DNA of 55,424 nt, counting the filler, from Trichosphaerium sp. ATCC 40318 (lineage: Eukaryota > Protista > Tubulinea): assembly GCA_038496445.1 (NCBI GenBank). It is 3 parts of 3 records of this genome, joined end to end, with 100 filler letters (N's around TTAATTAATTAA, not from the genome) between each part and the next. Parts side by side here need not be neighbours in the genome. Positions count along the whole stretch, not along the records: positions 14,595 to 34,055 come from JALMLS010000352.1; positions 34,156 to 55,424 come from JALMLS010000286.1; 1 more part is not named here. The stretch is one strand, 5' to 3'. The notes beneath the pieces are model-generated. The model made no database searches. It saw nothing but the letters and a program-made list of their open reading frames with translations, and had not been told where the DNA came from. Shown piece after piece: positions 26,209-37,723 of this stretch. Each line of letters begins with the position of its first letter. The first letter of the stretch is position 1. Position numbers and translations under genes: made by a program.

Positions 26209-27647
26209 GGAATTGACTGGGATTAGTGACAAAAAAATTTTTGATAATCCCAATTTTGAGCTCGGTATTGTATCACTGTGAGCATGTACTTCTTGTAACA
26301 AACCAAAACATGTTTAAATACTTGCTAGCACCCATTTTATAAAATAAGAGATGAAAAAGGTTTGCTTATGAGTAATGACGAACTCAAAATTGGAATTATG
26401 CTTCATTGTCCTGCGTAGCAGTGACTATTGAAGTTATTGTTACAAGACTTAAAATGCGAAATTGTATTTCTCTTTTAAGCCCTTTTATTGTTTGATTGCA
26501 TCGTCTCTTCGGATCACCCACCATCCCGACTAAATTACAACTATACAATAACAGAAAAAACAAAACAAAAAACTTAAAATCAAACGGGATTGTAAAGTCA
26601 CGTGCCAAGATGTCTGTTTACATCTCGAATTACTCTAAACAGTTTTATTCTTTGTATTGTCTGTTTCATTCAAGTTTTGAGACAGACTGACTTTTAGCAA
26701 AAAAAATCCAGTTTCTGCCCGATCTGTCAAATTGTCATTTTTTTAAATGTGATCTACCCTCACGCCTGTCCAGTGAATCCAACCGTTTCAAACCCACGTG
26801 ATTTAACAAACCCCAGAGCAAACTTTTTTATTTACATATTTGACGCCTAGCGGCGTTACAAAGCCTACAGCAACGCTGGCGGTGTTTTGGGGCGGTTTTG
26901 ATGTTGTTACACCTTCATTGCTGCTTGGATGCTACCATAGCGCTTCTGTTAGCGTGGGGTAGGCGCTAGCGTAGCGCTAGTAAGTTATACACGTACGTTG
27001 ATTTTTTGAAGCAAAACATACAGCAAACAGTGTTTTGAGGCATTCATACCGTGTTTGGTAATGCGATAGCTTTGTAGGACATCATACCTTTTTAATTCGC
27101 TTTTAGCGCATTGAACACCTCTGTGGTTTGATCGTACCGTGTACAGCGATCATCTTCCATGGTCTGTTGAAACTTACATTGAAAATTTTGCTATCACTTA
27201 CCGTAAGGTACCTAAGTCATACAATGAAGGCAATATTGTAACACAAATAGTTCACATTGTGATAGATCTACACCATTTGACAGAAGTGTCAGATCTTGCT
27301 AGATCTGCTAAAAGTGCTAAAAACTCACTTTCTAGAAAGTATTAGTAAAACTTGAATGAAACATACAATAAGTGGCTATAATTGTATGACGGTAGAATAA
27401 ATAAGGGGCGGCCCAATTATACCCTTATACACCTCGTCCTAATAAGGATAAATATTAGTTTTATCACCAATACCCAAATCAATCTAAAGATGCGACAATT
27501 TTTTTATAACTAATACCCGATTTAGACATAAATAGTCCTGATTTAGATATAAATTAGCTAGTGGTGACAAACCCTACAATAGAGTATTTTGTAACGCAGT
27601 ACAATAATGATGATAATTTTTTTTTGTCACTAATCCGCGTCAATTCC
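26209..27647. mobile_element. Non-autonomous DNA transposon / MITE-like element (about 1.44 kb)
   Basis: 29-bp terminal inverted repeat GGAATTGACTGGGATTAGTGACAAAAAAA vs TTTTTTTGTCACTAATCCGCGTCAATTCC (2 mismatches); no transposase ORF and no clear target duplication. Confidence 0.65.
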
Positions 27648-28844
27648 TGTTAGAGTTCAGTAGAAAATGGAAGCCTTCATTCATTGTTTATCGGGAAACC
27701 TAAGTGTTTGACCTTAAATAACGCTAAATTAGCTATTTGTTAGCGCTAAATGTAGTTTTTCGAGATGGTTTGTGAGCACGTGTAACCCCACCATAGCACG
27801 TGCTTGCTTCGTATAGGGAGTTGCCTTTTGAAAGTACTTTTATGATATTCAGGGTGAAGTTAAATTATTTCTCCGTATGCGGAATTTTGCAGATTACGCC
27901 CTTTGACTACCCGCTAGCATCGCCGAGTCTTCACAATTTGTGGACGATGTTGATACGGGGCTCTATGAAGTGCGCTTTTGTCGCAGATGTATGCTTTGTA
28001 TCTCACACTGGTAAAAAAATTCGTGCCCGCGCTTTTGAGCTCCAAACCCTTACCAGAAACGTTTATTTCCCCAATAAGGGCTGCTCCTTCAAGAAAGTAG
28101 CAGGGCTCGGTACAGCGAGGCGAGAAAAAGTAGTTTATTTGATGGCGTACATTGCGAGGAATGTAAAGCTCATTTTACGTGATTAAACACATAAGCAGTA
28201 TTTGTGTCAATAAAATAGTGACACCGTAAAAAAGGCAAACATGTGCTAAAATGCAATAAACAAGCTGTATGTACCGCTTCCGAGCATTTTCGAACCGGTT
28301 GACTTATATTGATTGTGGTTATTTTATCGGGCTTGGCAAAGAGGTGACTTAATTAATTAAGCCACATCCCAAAGCAACGTTGCTCATCCAATAAAACAAT
28401 ACCCAGGCATTTTGTGATGCTAGAGTACTAGGCGATAATTTATTGCCCGTTTGAGATCAGTTCGAAACGTACGAATTTTCGAACAACTTGTTCGAAAAAA
28501 CTTGAGTTTAAAAAAAAACGACTTTTAAACCACACTTTCCGCCACAGTCGTAGTTGGCGCTTCGGGCAAAGGTTGTAGAGTTATCACGTGATAAACAAGC
28601 GTAAAAGGCACGTAAAATAGCTTTTTCTAGAATTTACTTATCACGTGGAAAGTGCTAGCGGAGCGAAAGCCACAAATACGTGAACCAAAAAAAAACCCGT
28701 GAACATCAATTTTTTATATCAAGGACGGAAGAATGTCTTGAGATGGTTTATTTGATTAACTTTTTTTTAAGCGAACCGTTCAACACTCACATAATCCTGA
28801 GGATACCTAAACTCTTCAAGTATCTACGCCTGTAGCCACATATC

Positions 28845-31800
28845 ATGTCAAACCAGCACCAAGAACATGCGCTAACATTGGCAGGTATTAGCAAACCCTT
28901 CTTTAATACAATTACTAACGATGTTACAATAGCTGAACTGAAACTTCTTCAAACCTCCTATGATACTTCTATCATGTGCATGTACTTTGATTCAAAACAA
29001 CTTATAAGCAAAATAAAGGATACCACAACAGGTACAATTTTATCTGAGGTAGCAAAGTTCACATGATTGTAGTATATAAACTGAAAAAGAAGCTACGTTG
29101 CCTCAAAACAGCTGATCAAATTCTATTGTGTTCAGGTTTGTGTATAAATAGTTGTACATACATAGTAACCAATTTAGTTTATACCAATTTACCTATTATC
29201 AAATCAATGTGTTTAAAGGCAGGGGCAGATATCAGTGCTCCAGATAAATACGGAAGAACAGCTTTACACAAAGCAGGTACTATGTTGCGAAAAATACAAT
29301 GTATGGTCTAACATTTCCCAGTATTTCATGGATACAACCATATTGTTGAATTGTTGCTCAATGCAAACACAAATATCAATGCTGCTGATAAAGATGGGCA
29401 GACAGCTTTACATATAGCTGGTAGGCTTGTAAATAATATACAACGTAAGTTCTCACTTTCCAGCACGCCATGGACGCAATAATACCGCTAAATTATTGAT
29501 CAATGCAAATGCAAATGTCAATGCTACAGATAGCAATGGAAAGACAGCTTTACATAAAGCAGGTACTTTCATAAACATACAATGTATGGTCTCACACTTT
29601 TTAGCATGCCATGGACACAACAATACTGTTGACTTATTGATCAATTCAAACGCAGATATCAATGCCGGAGATAAAAACGGTCAGACAGCTTTACATAAAG
29701 CAGGTACTGTCATAAACAAACACTATATGTCCTCACACTTTCCAGTAAACCGCAGACACCACAATACTGTTAAATTATTGATTAATAGAAACGCAAGTAT
29801 CAATGCTACGTTTAGAGATGGATGCACAGCTTTATACAAAGCGGGTACTGTTTTGTAATAATTTATGTTCTCACATTTCCCAGCCTTTAATGGGCATAAT
29901 GATATTGTTCAATTATTGATCAATGCATTTGCAAAAATCAATGCTACTAATAAAGATGGACACACAGCTTTACACGCTGCAGGTATTGTGTTGTAAGATA
30001 TATAATGTATGGTCTAACACCTTTTAGTGTTTCATGGGCACAATGACACTGTTCAAGTATTGATCAAATCAGATGCAAATATCAATGCTAGAGATAAATA
30101 TGAACGGACAGCTTTACACCTAGCAGGTACTGTTGTACATATACCAATTGTGGCCTAATCTTTCCAGCATATCGTGGACATTATGGCACTGCTAAATTAT
30201 TGATCAATGCGAATGCAAATGTCAATGCTACAGATAGCAATGGAAAGACAGCTTTACATAAAGCAGGTACTTTCATAAACATACAATGTATGGTCTCACA
30301 CTTTTTAGCATGCCATGGACACAACAATGCTGTTAACTTATTGATCAATTCAAACGCAGATATCAATGCCGGAGATAAAAACGGTCAGACAGCTTTACAT
30401 AAAGCAGGTACTGTTGTACTGTTGTAAACATAAAATGCTAACACTATGTAGTATGCTGTGGACATGATGATACTGCTAAATTATTGCTCAATGCAAACAC
30501 AAATATCAATGCTGCAGATAAAGATGGTGAGACAGCTTTACATAAAGCAGGTACTGTTGTACTATTATAAGCATGCAATGTATGTTCTCACACTCTCCAG
30601 TATGTCACGGACACAGCGATACTGTTGATTTGTTGATCAATACAGATGTAGACCTCACTGCCACAAACAAAGATGGACAAACAGCATTACATATTGCTGG
30701 TTCTATAAACATTTTTGAGTTATAAAATATCTAACGCTTGCCTAGTTGAATATTGCCACAGTGGAATAGCTGAGAACTTAATTAAAGCAGGTGCAAATGT
30801 TGAAGCAGTAAATAATAAAGGATGGACACCTTTATATTTTGCAGGTGATACCAGGATACCAGAAGACTACGCAGTATTTTAACTCTCTATGTAGCACAAT
30901 ATAGACCTACTGAAGTATTTCTGAGCTTATTACCTGAAAGAGATATTTTTCCACGTGCCATGACTGAACAGAGGTTTGATTTCAAAACAGTATTTTTGAA
31001 GGTGGTTGACAATGATCCTGCATACACCAAAGTGTTTGAGACTCTATTGGCGCACCTTCCAATCAATCAACAAGGTCATTCACTATGGACTTCATATGCC
31101 TATATGACAAGTCAGAAATACATTTTTGCAACTAAATTTCCAGAGTGGAGATCCAAGCTTGCAAAATGGTTACAATACTTGGTACAACTTTCAAGTCAAA
31201 ACTATTGTACTAATCGCATACCAAGCCAACACGTTCTTATTTTAAACTTGCAATACAAAAGGGTATTTGTTCATTAATCTGTACTTACAATCCCATCTTT
31301 GTGCAATCCCCAGTACTAACACATGTGTTTCAAGTTCAAAATGCTCATCATTTTGTTAATAGAGCTTTTGGGTTCAGCAAGGAGACCTAATGGAAGGTAT
31401 TTTGTATGATTTACCACATAATATGTGGAGCGAAAAACAAAATGTAACTGGTACTATTGCTCAAATGTGTGAAGAGGATGGGCTGTGTATAAACTCCATT
31501 CAACAAGATAAACAACATTGTGCGTGGTTTAATACAAGAATCAAAGGGTGGTGTTTACTGTTATTATAGCATTTATAGACCCTTCCATGTGCAGATATTG
31601 TATTGCACACCAACCTACCAGAAGTACTGCATGTCAAAAAGTTGTTTTAAATACTTTTTTAAAGCGTATTGATGCTGTCGGGAGTAATCTCAAGTGTAAG
31701 ATTGGTGCATATGCTATTCAGCCTTTTATACCCAATAGAGTTTTATGTGACACTGCAGCTGGTACAATCAATACTTTTCTCCAAATCGTTTGATTTTCAA

Positions 31801-33337
31801 CAAGGATTAAGAAGTAAGACATCATGGGACCTAAACCCTCGATTGGAGTATGCACGTGCCTGGGACAGATCAAACAACAAGTAGAGTTTTAATATTTTAC
31901 TTCATTTTTATTTTAACAGTTCCTAAAGAGGTTTTGTGGAAAAAGCAACTCATTACAGACTATTGGACCTTTTTGACAAAACCGACACTGTAGCCAACAG
32001 AGAGCTAAAGGTTCTTCGTAAACAGATGTCAAAAATGCATGGATATGACCAAGTCACTGTTAAATCAGCATATCTTGTTTGCAATGATGTCTTGCTTCAG
32101 AACTTTGGCATGTACAATACAATAGTTAAGCATAGGCACCAGTATGTAGACATAAATGTTTACGGCTATTGATTGTTACCTAGAGAACTGCCCAAGTTGT
32201 TTTATACGAATGATTGGAAGCATGATGCCCATAACACTGAACGGACAAGTGTTTATAGCAAGTTTTCATCTTTGATTGCTGGATCAACCAACGCAGAACA
32301 GGTGCTGTTGTAATAACAACCCTTATATGACTTATTTATTGTTCAGTTACCTGTTTTGTTAATGGCACATGGAACACGTGCAAAAGCAGCTTATAGTATT
32401 GTAAAAGCTGGATTTGGAACTGTAAGTGCATTGGATGCTGGATATTATGGACAAGGAATCTACTTTACAGTACTATTGTGTTCACTTGGTTTTTTCCTCT
32501 AACATGTTACCACAGAGTAGTCTCACATATGCTGCCTCATATGACGAATCTCAAGGTGAAAAAACACTTATTCTGAGTTTAGTCACACCTGGAAATGTGT
32601 ATCCTGTACGTACATGGGTTTGTTTGTTTATTTACAGCTTTGCTAGGTAATAGAAAAACCTACAGATCCTATTAATTTTCAGGGTAAGCCTATTAAACCT
32701 GGATACCAAAGTCATTATGCAGTTGTAAACAAATTGGGGCAAGCCGTGAAAGAAAACATTGACAAATGCAAATGGGATGAGTTGGTTGTAGCTCAAGGTA
32801 AGTAGTCATACGCCAACCATTATTGGTTTTATTCTGTTAATTTAGATGTACAAGCTGTTGCACGTTATGTCATAACAGTTGTAAAGAAGCCACGGAAACG
32901 AGTACTACAGAACAAAAGCAAAGGAGCAAAAAAGAAAGCAAACAAACCAAAGCAGGCAAAGATTATCAAAACGATTGGAAGTGAAAACCTAGAAAACAAA
33001 GAGGTTTCAAAATTGGAAGATGATAGCGAGTCAGATGAGTTGTCTGATGAAGACTCATTTAAAACTAAACGGTAAGACTAACAAGACATACTAGCTTAGT
33101 ACTTATTTACTACAAAGAAAATTATGGGCAGCTGCAAATCCAAATCAACTTGATCAACCGAGTGCACAAGATCAGCTTGTAATATCGTTAACACAAGAAG
33201 TCACAAAACTCAATCAAGAAAACAAGGAAGCAAATACCAGAATCACGAAATTGGAGGAAGATAATGCAAATAAATGCAATCAAATTGCTGAACTACAAGC
33301 CCGAATTGCAATGCTTGAGAGCAATATGAGTTCATAA
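28845..33337 (+). CDS. Ankyrin-repeat protein with PARP-like ADP-ribosyltransferase domain and C-terminal coiled coil, multi-exon
   Basis: About 12 ankyrin repeats (e.g. HGHNNTVDLLINSNADINAGDKNGQTALHKA); ART motifs LLMAHGT, LDAGYYGQGIYFT, PGNVYP, PGYQSHYAVV, WDELVV; acidic/basic linker then heptad-rich tail; stop TAA 33335-33337. Confidence 0.88.
29221..30844 (+). repeat. Tandem exon-intron units of about 141 bp, one ankyrin repeat per exon
   Basis: Recurring ACAGCTTTACA..AAGCAG|GTAC junctions; about 29485-29710 is near-identical to 30189-30414 including the intron. Confidence 0.9.
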
Positions 33338-33741
33338 CGATTTTGTGCTTGCTTCCTTCTGTATAATAAAAATTCCATTAGTTTCTGATAAGCGTCACTG
33401 TATGCAAAGTTGCAACAGATACCACGAATGTATCCTTATGGAGTACTGAACAGAAAGTCACGTGCATGCTATAAATCGGCTTAGCGCTACATAACATAGC
33501 ACTATTTCAGGCCAAATCCACTGGCAGGGTATGAGAATATAGTAACTGTTAATAGATTCAAGAACTCCGTGGTACGCTATAAGCCACATGTGGAACAAAG
33601 CTAGACCAATGTTCTTCATTTAGAACGGATACACATTGAGCCTTGTAGAAGGCTTTGCATTGTAGTTATGTGGGCATACTTTTCCACCATGGAATCGCTT
33701 CTAAGCAGTCTTTTTTTGATATTTATTATTGTACATCATGG

Positions 33742-34055
33742 TTAGCGTTTTCCTCTATTTTTTGTAGAGCCACTGCTTTTGCGGGTATTTTTCTTATTAC
33801 GTGATCCACCTGTATTGTTTGTACGTACAGGGGCGCTTCTATTTTTTCTAAATATTAGCTTGAGTGGTGTTCCCAAGAATGAGAACTCATCACGAATTTG
33901 ACGTTGTAAGAAGCTAATATATTGATTTGAAACAAGCTCTGGATGGTTCACAAAGAAAACAAAAGCAGGACCCTAATAAGGTACCCAGGTCATTAGTAAT
34001 CGTATCAAAGATGGTTATGTAACGTACAGCCATATTTCCTTGTGTCACGTGACGA
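33742..34055 (-). CDS. der: Ribosome biogenesis GTPase Der/EngA, C-terminal KH-like domain (partial, truncated by gap)
   Basis: RHVTQGNMA/GPAFVFFVNHPELVSNQYISFLQRQIRDEFSFLGTPLKLIFRK matches the Der C-terminal signature (TQ..PPTFVFFVN.PE....Y.RYL.NQ.R..F.F.GTP....R); contains a spliceosomal intron, so a nuclear gene. Confidence 0.85.
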
Positions 34056-34155
34056 NNNNNNNNNNNNNNNNNNNNNNNNNNNNNNNNNNNNNNNNNNNNT
34101 TAATTAATTAANNNNNNNNNNNNNNNNNNNNNNNNNNNNNNNNNNNNNNNNNNNN
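34056..34155. other. Assembly gap with artificial TTAATTAATTAA linker
   Basis: Same format as the first gap. Confidence 0.97.
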
Positions 34156-34474
34156 AAAGTAGTCCTTTAAAGACACAACCCTATGCTGTTGTGGCAATGT
34201 GCTCTATGAGCATCTCTTGCCATAAAAACCATAACCAAGACACATCAGCTTCTTCTCCAACAGAAAGGCTGATGTTGTCCGGCACCAGGTATTTGTGATG
34301 TTCATCAAAAAGACCTTCATTTATATATCCTCTTGAAAGAGAATAGGATGTAGATTGAATGGTTTCTTATGAAGTTCATTCTTCAAAAAACCACCTAAAA
34401 ACCTCAACCACCTTTGGTCTGATGAGAAATTATTTTAAATGCAGCTATCTGCTTTAAAACTCTGATGCAAAAGG

Positions 34475-37126
34475 TACCTGGTTGAGCCTGCCAGGAGTGA
34501 TAAGCTTTCTCGAAGGATTAAGCCATGCAAGCTCAGCAAAGAGGTATCCTCGGAGCCGCAAACGGCTCCTTAAAACGGTCGTAACCCACCCGACAAGACT
34601 AATAATGGTCACGTCATTTTGCACACAGGAACTTGTTTCCTAAACGCACTATAACCAAAACTCGTGGCCTCCCCGCGGATAACCGGGATTAAAGGAAACC
34701 TGCGGCTAATACGTAATGCGCCTAGCGCTGCCGATGGGCCCCTCTGCTGCAAGGACCCATCGGTCGCATCCAACGCTCAGGAGCGGACGATCACCCGATC
34801 CCATCTTGGTTCGCCAAGGGAAGCAGCCTCCCTTAGGAAGCGGCGTCCGTACTCCGTCGGGAAGAGCGGCGTTGGGGCATGCGATGGAGTTATGAGGAGT
34901 TCTCTCTAACTAGACATGTTTCAAAAACAATGTTAAAGCTACACACAAGTGAAAATTAGGTGAAAGAAAAATGAACATTGTTTCAAATCTGATCCTTCGC
35001 TGAATGTGTGCTTTTTCATAAAGATCATATCGATATAAAGTTGAGAGTTCTCCCCCTCCACGAGTCGGAAGGGCGGCCGACCTATCAGCCAGGCGGTAGG
35101 GTAACGGCCTACCGCGGCAGTGACGGGTAACGGGGAACTAGGGTTCGGTTCCCGGAGAAGGGGCATTAGATACGGCCCCTGTACTTACGGGTAACAGCAG
35201 GCGCGTAACTTGGCCATTGATTGCAAATCGAGCCAGCGACTGAGTGTAACGAGGCCGGCATTTAAACCGGTCGTCGCAATGAGGGGCAACTGAATGTCGC
35301 CCTGAGAAACTATTGGAGGACAAGTTGGGTGCCAGCACCCGCGGTAACACCCACTCCGAAAGCTTATACTTTTGCTGTTGCTGTTAAAGCGCTCGCAGTC
35401 CAAACAACGACACAGCTGAGAGGGACAAGGTTTAGATAGGAGTTTACTCCTTGACAAAACCCCCCGACTCTTTTTCATCGCCCGACCAGGCATAAATGGC
35501 TTCGCTCAAACGCAAGGTCAGTTTAGGCTTCGGCCGCTATGCCACCCACCAGCATCCTGGAATTGGGCTTTAAAAAAAACAAAAACAACACTTTACCAAG
35601 TGCGACGCTCAAGTCTCATTTTTTTACTAAGTATGAACAATATCCTAAGATGCAAGTCAGAGTGAAAACTCATGTTCTTCATTAAGGGAATAAAAACATT
35701 GTGAACTACAAAAAAGTATTTTTTGAGATAAACTTGAGTTAGTCTTCACACTAATAAAGAACACACGATTACTAGGTGCGTACGGGGTAGAGAGTGTGGT
35801 ATCAGCGAGGAGTGAAATCTTTTGACCTGATCCAAACTACCCGAAGCGAAGGCGCTCTGCAAGGGCGTGGCCGGTGATCTAGAACGATGGTGGAGGGAGC
35901 GAAGCGGATTAGAGACCCGTGTAGTCTCCACAGTAAACGATGCCGACTGAATGGGCGCCGGGCAAACCAAGGCTCGGGGCCCGTTCCCACGGGAAACCGA
36001 AGTAATCGGGCCCAGGGGGGAAGTATGGTCGCAAGGCTGAAACTTAAAGGCATTGACGGAGCAACACCACCAGGCTCTGGAGGCTGCGGCTCAATTTGAC
36101 TCAACGCGCGACAACTTACCGGGATCGGACGCTCTAAGGGGACGAACAGACTGAAGGGTCTTTTCCGAGTTAGCTAACGGTGGTGCATGGTCGTTTTAGG
36201 CTCGTGGACTTATCTGTCAGGTTTATTCCGATAACGGGCGAGATCGCTACTGTCACATTGATCCCCCGCCTCGTGCGGGACCCCTGTGCAGGACTGACGG
36301 CGAAAAGTCGTAAGAAGCGGCGGCTATAACAGATCCGGGATGCCCCCAGATATTCCGGGCCGCACGCGGCCTACACTGCTTAGTTCAACGGGTTCCTGGG
36401 CCGAACAGGCATCCGGGCAAGCCCTGAAACCGCCAGAACACTTCTTCACGACAGCGAGTTAAACCTCAGATTTAATTATCTAAATACGACTACACTTAAA
36501 CGCACCTTCGGAAACTACCACCTTCAAAAAACAAGTCTGTCCTGAACCTAATATAAAGAGTTAACCCCCTCGTCGAGGCTTTTTAGGAAGTTAAATTCCT
36601 TTAATGTTAAGACGAGAAGCGCTGTTAGATGAAAACTTACATCTTTGGACTTTGTTCCTTAGTGTAAACATTGAAAGAGCTGTGGATCGTTTCAATTAAC
36701 AAATAAGGTTTCTTCTTCACTTAAATGCTTTGACTTGGAAGATTATATCTTTACCAAGGCAAACTTTATTATGAAGTAAGTTTCTGCAATGTTCATAAAA
36801 AAATACATGAAAGCGCACCGTGTGGTCGATTTGGATGTTAAGTGTGCTCAATGCTGCTTCTCCGAAAAGACACATGCGTGCTTAGGGACTGGTTGCTGTA
36901 ACTGTAGCCACGAACGCGGAATGCCTCGTACAGGTGTGTCATCAACGCACCTGGAATCTGTCCCTGTTGCTTGTACACACCGCCCGTCGCATCGACCGAT
37001 GTGGGTGCGAGTGAGACCAGGGGGGACGACCGGCTTGCCGGTTATCGAACCTGCTCGAACTTGCGCTCATAAAGGATGATGAAGTCGTAACAAGGTTTCA
37101 GTAGGTGAACCTGCTGAAGGATCAAT
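34475..37126 (+). rRNA. 18S (SSU) rRNA, highly divergent and expanded (about 2.65 kb)
   Basis: TACCTGGTTGAGCCTGCCAG start, GATTAAGCCATGCAAG, GTGCCAGCACCCGCGGTAA, GGCTGAAACTTAAAGGCATTGACGG, TTGTACACACCGCCCGTC, GAAGTCGTAACAAGGTTTCAGTAGGTGAACCTGCTGAAGGATCA end. Confidence 0.97.
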
Positions 37127-37361
37127 ACTATTGGTATTTAACCCTTAGAAGCAATTAAACCAACTTTTAACCAAGTTTAAAAGAAATTGGAGTATCAGTT
37201 TTGGTCTGGCAAGTCCAAGCTTACTTCGGTAAGTGAAGATATAGCCTCCTCTACTGTGGTGATATCTTGTATATCTGCCAGCTCCACAACCGCCTATTTT
37301 GGCAAACCAAAACACAGTCGTGGCACGACTATAAAGAACGTCAAGATTTTCGAAAGAAACC

Positions 37362-37527
37362 AAACCTTGTCGGTGAACGGTTAGGCACCTCCCCCGAAGA
37401 AGGCCATGGATCACTATGAAACCAGCCACCGGAATCGCTCTCATCTGAAGGTGGCATTGCCGAATGCCTCAGGCCGCGTTCTGTATTCTCACGAATCACA
37501 GGCAAAGGAGCGTGACTCAGCGACGCC
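37362..37527 (+). rRNA. 5.8S rRNA (divergent)
   Basis: GC-rich block of about 165 nt between AT-rich ITS1 and ITS2; AACCTTGTCGGTGAACGGTTAGGC..CGAAGAAGGCCA corresponds to the canonical 5.8S 5' part ending CGATGAAGAACGCA. Confidence 0.78.
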
Positions 37528-37723
37528 AGCAAAACAAACACTAAATTTATTTGGTGCTGCGTATGGTGTACACACTTAATCTTCTAAAAAAAGAAAGTGG
37601 TTGCCACAACTAATTAATAAATTGCCGGAAGTGATGTTCCTCCAGAACTCATGCCTAGCTTACTTAAGCGAAGCTTCAGAGGGAAGGTTGGTTCTATATA
37701 CAGAAAGCATTAAAAACCACAAC

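Noticed and set aside
28343-28365. TTAATTAATTAA identical to the scaffold linker
   Set aside because: No flanking Ns and it sits in a short natural-looking palindrome (GTGAC..GCCAC); not treated as a join or a feature.
29221-30844. Regularly spaced repeats resembling a CRISPR array
   Set aside because: Repeats are ankyrin-coding exons and the spacers are spliceosomal introns; eukaryotic context, no cas genes.
33742-34475. Functional linkage of der with the adjacent rDNA
   Set aside because: Separated by an artificial linker gap, so the adjacency may be arbitrary; Der acts on organellar, not cytosolic, ribosomes.
36436-36870. Group I intron or homing endonuclease in the 18S
   Set aside because: No recognisable P/Q/R/S core elements or endonuclease ORF; located in a variable region rather than a conserved intron site.
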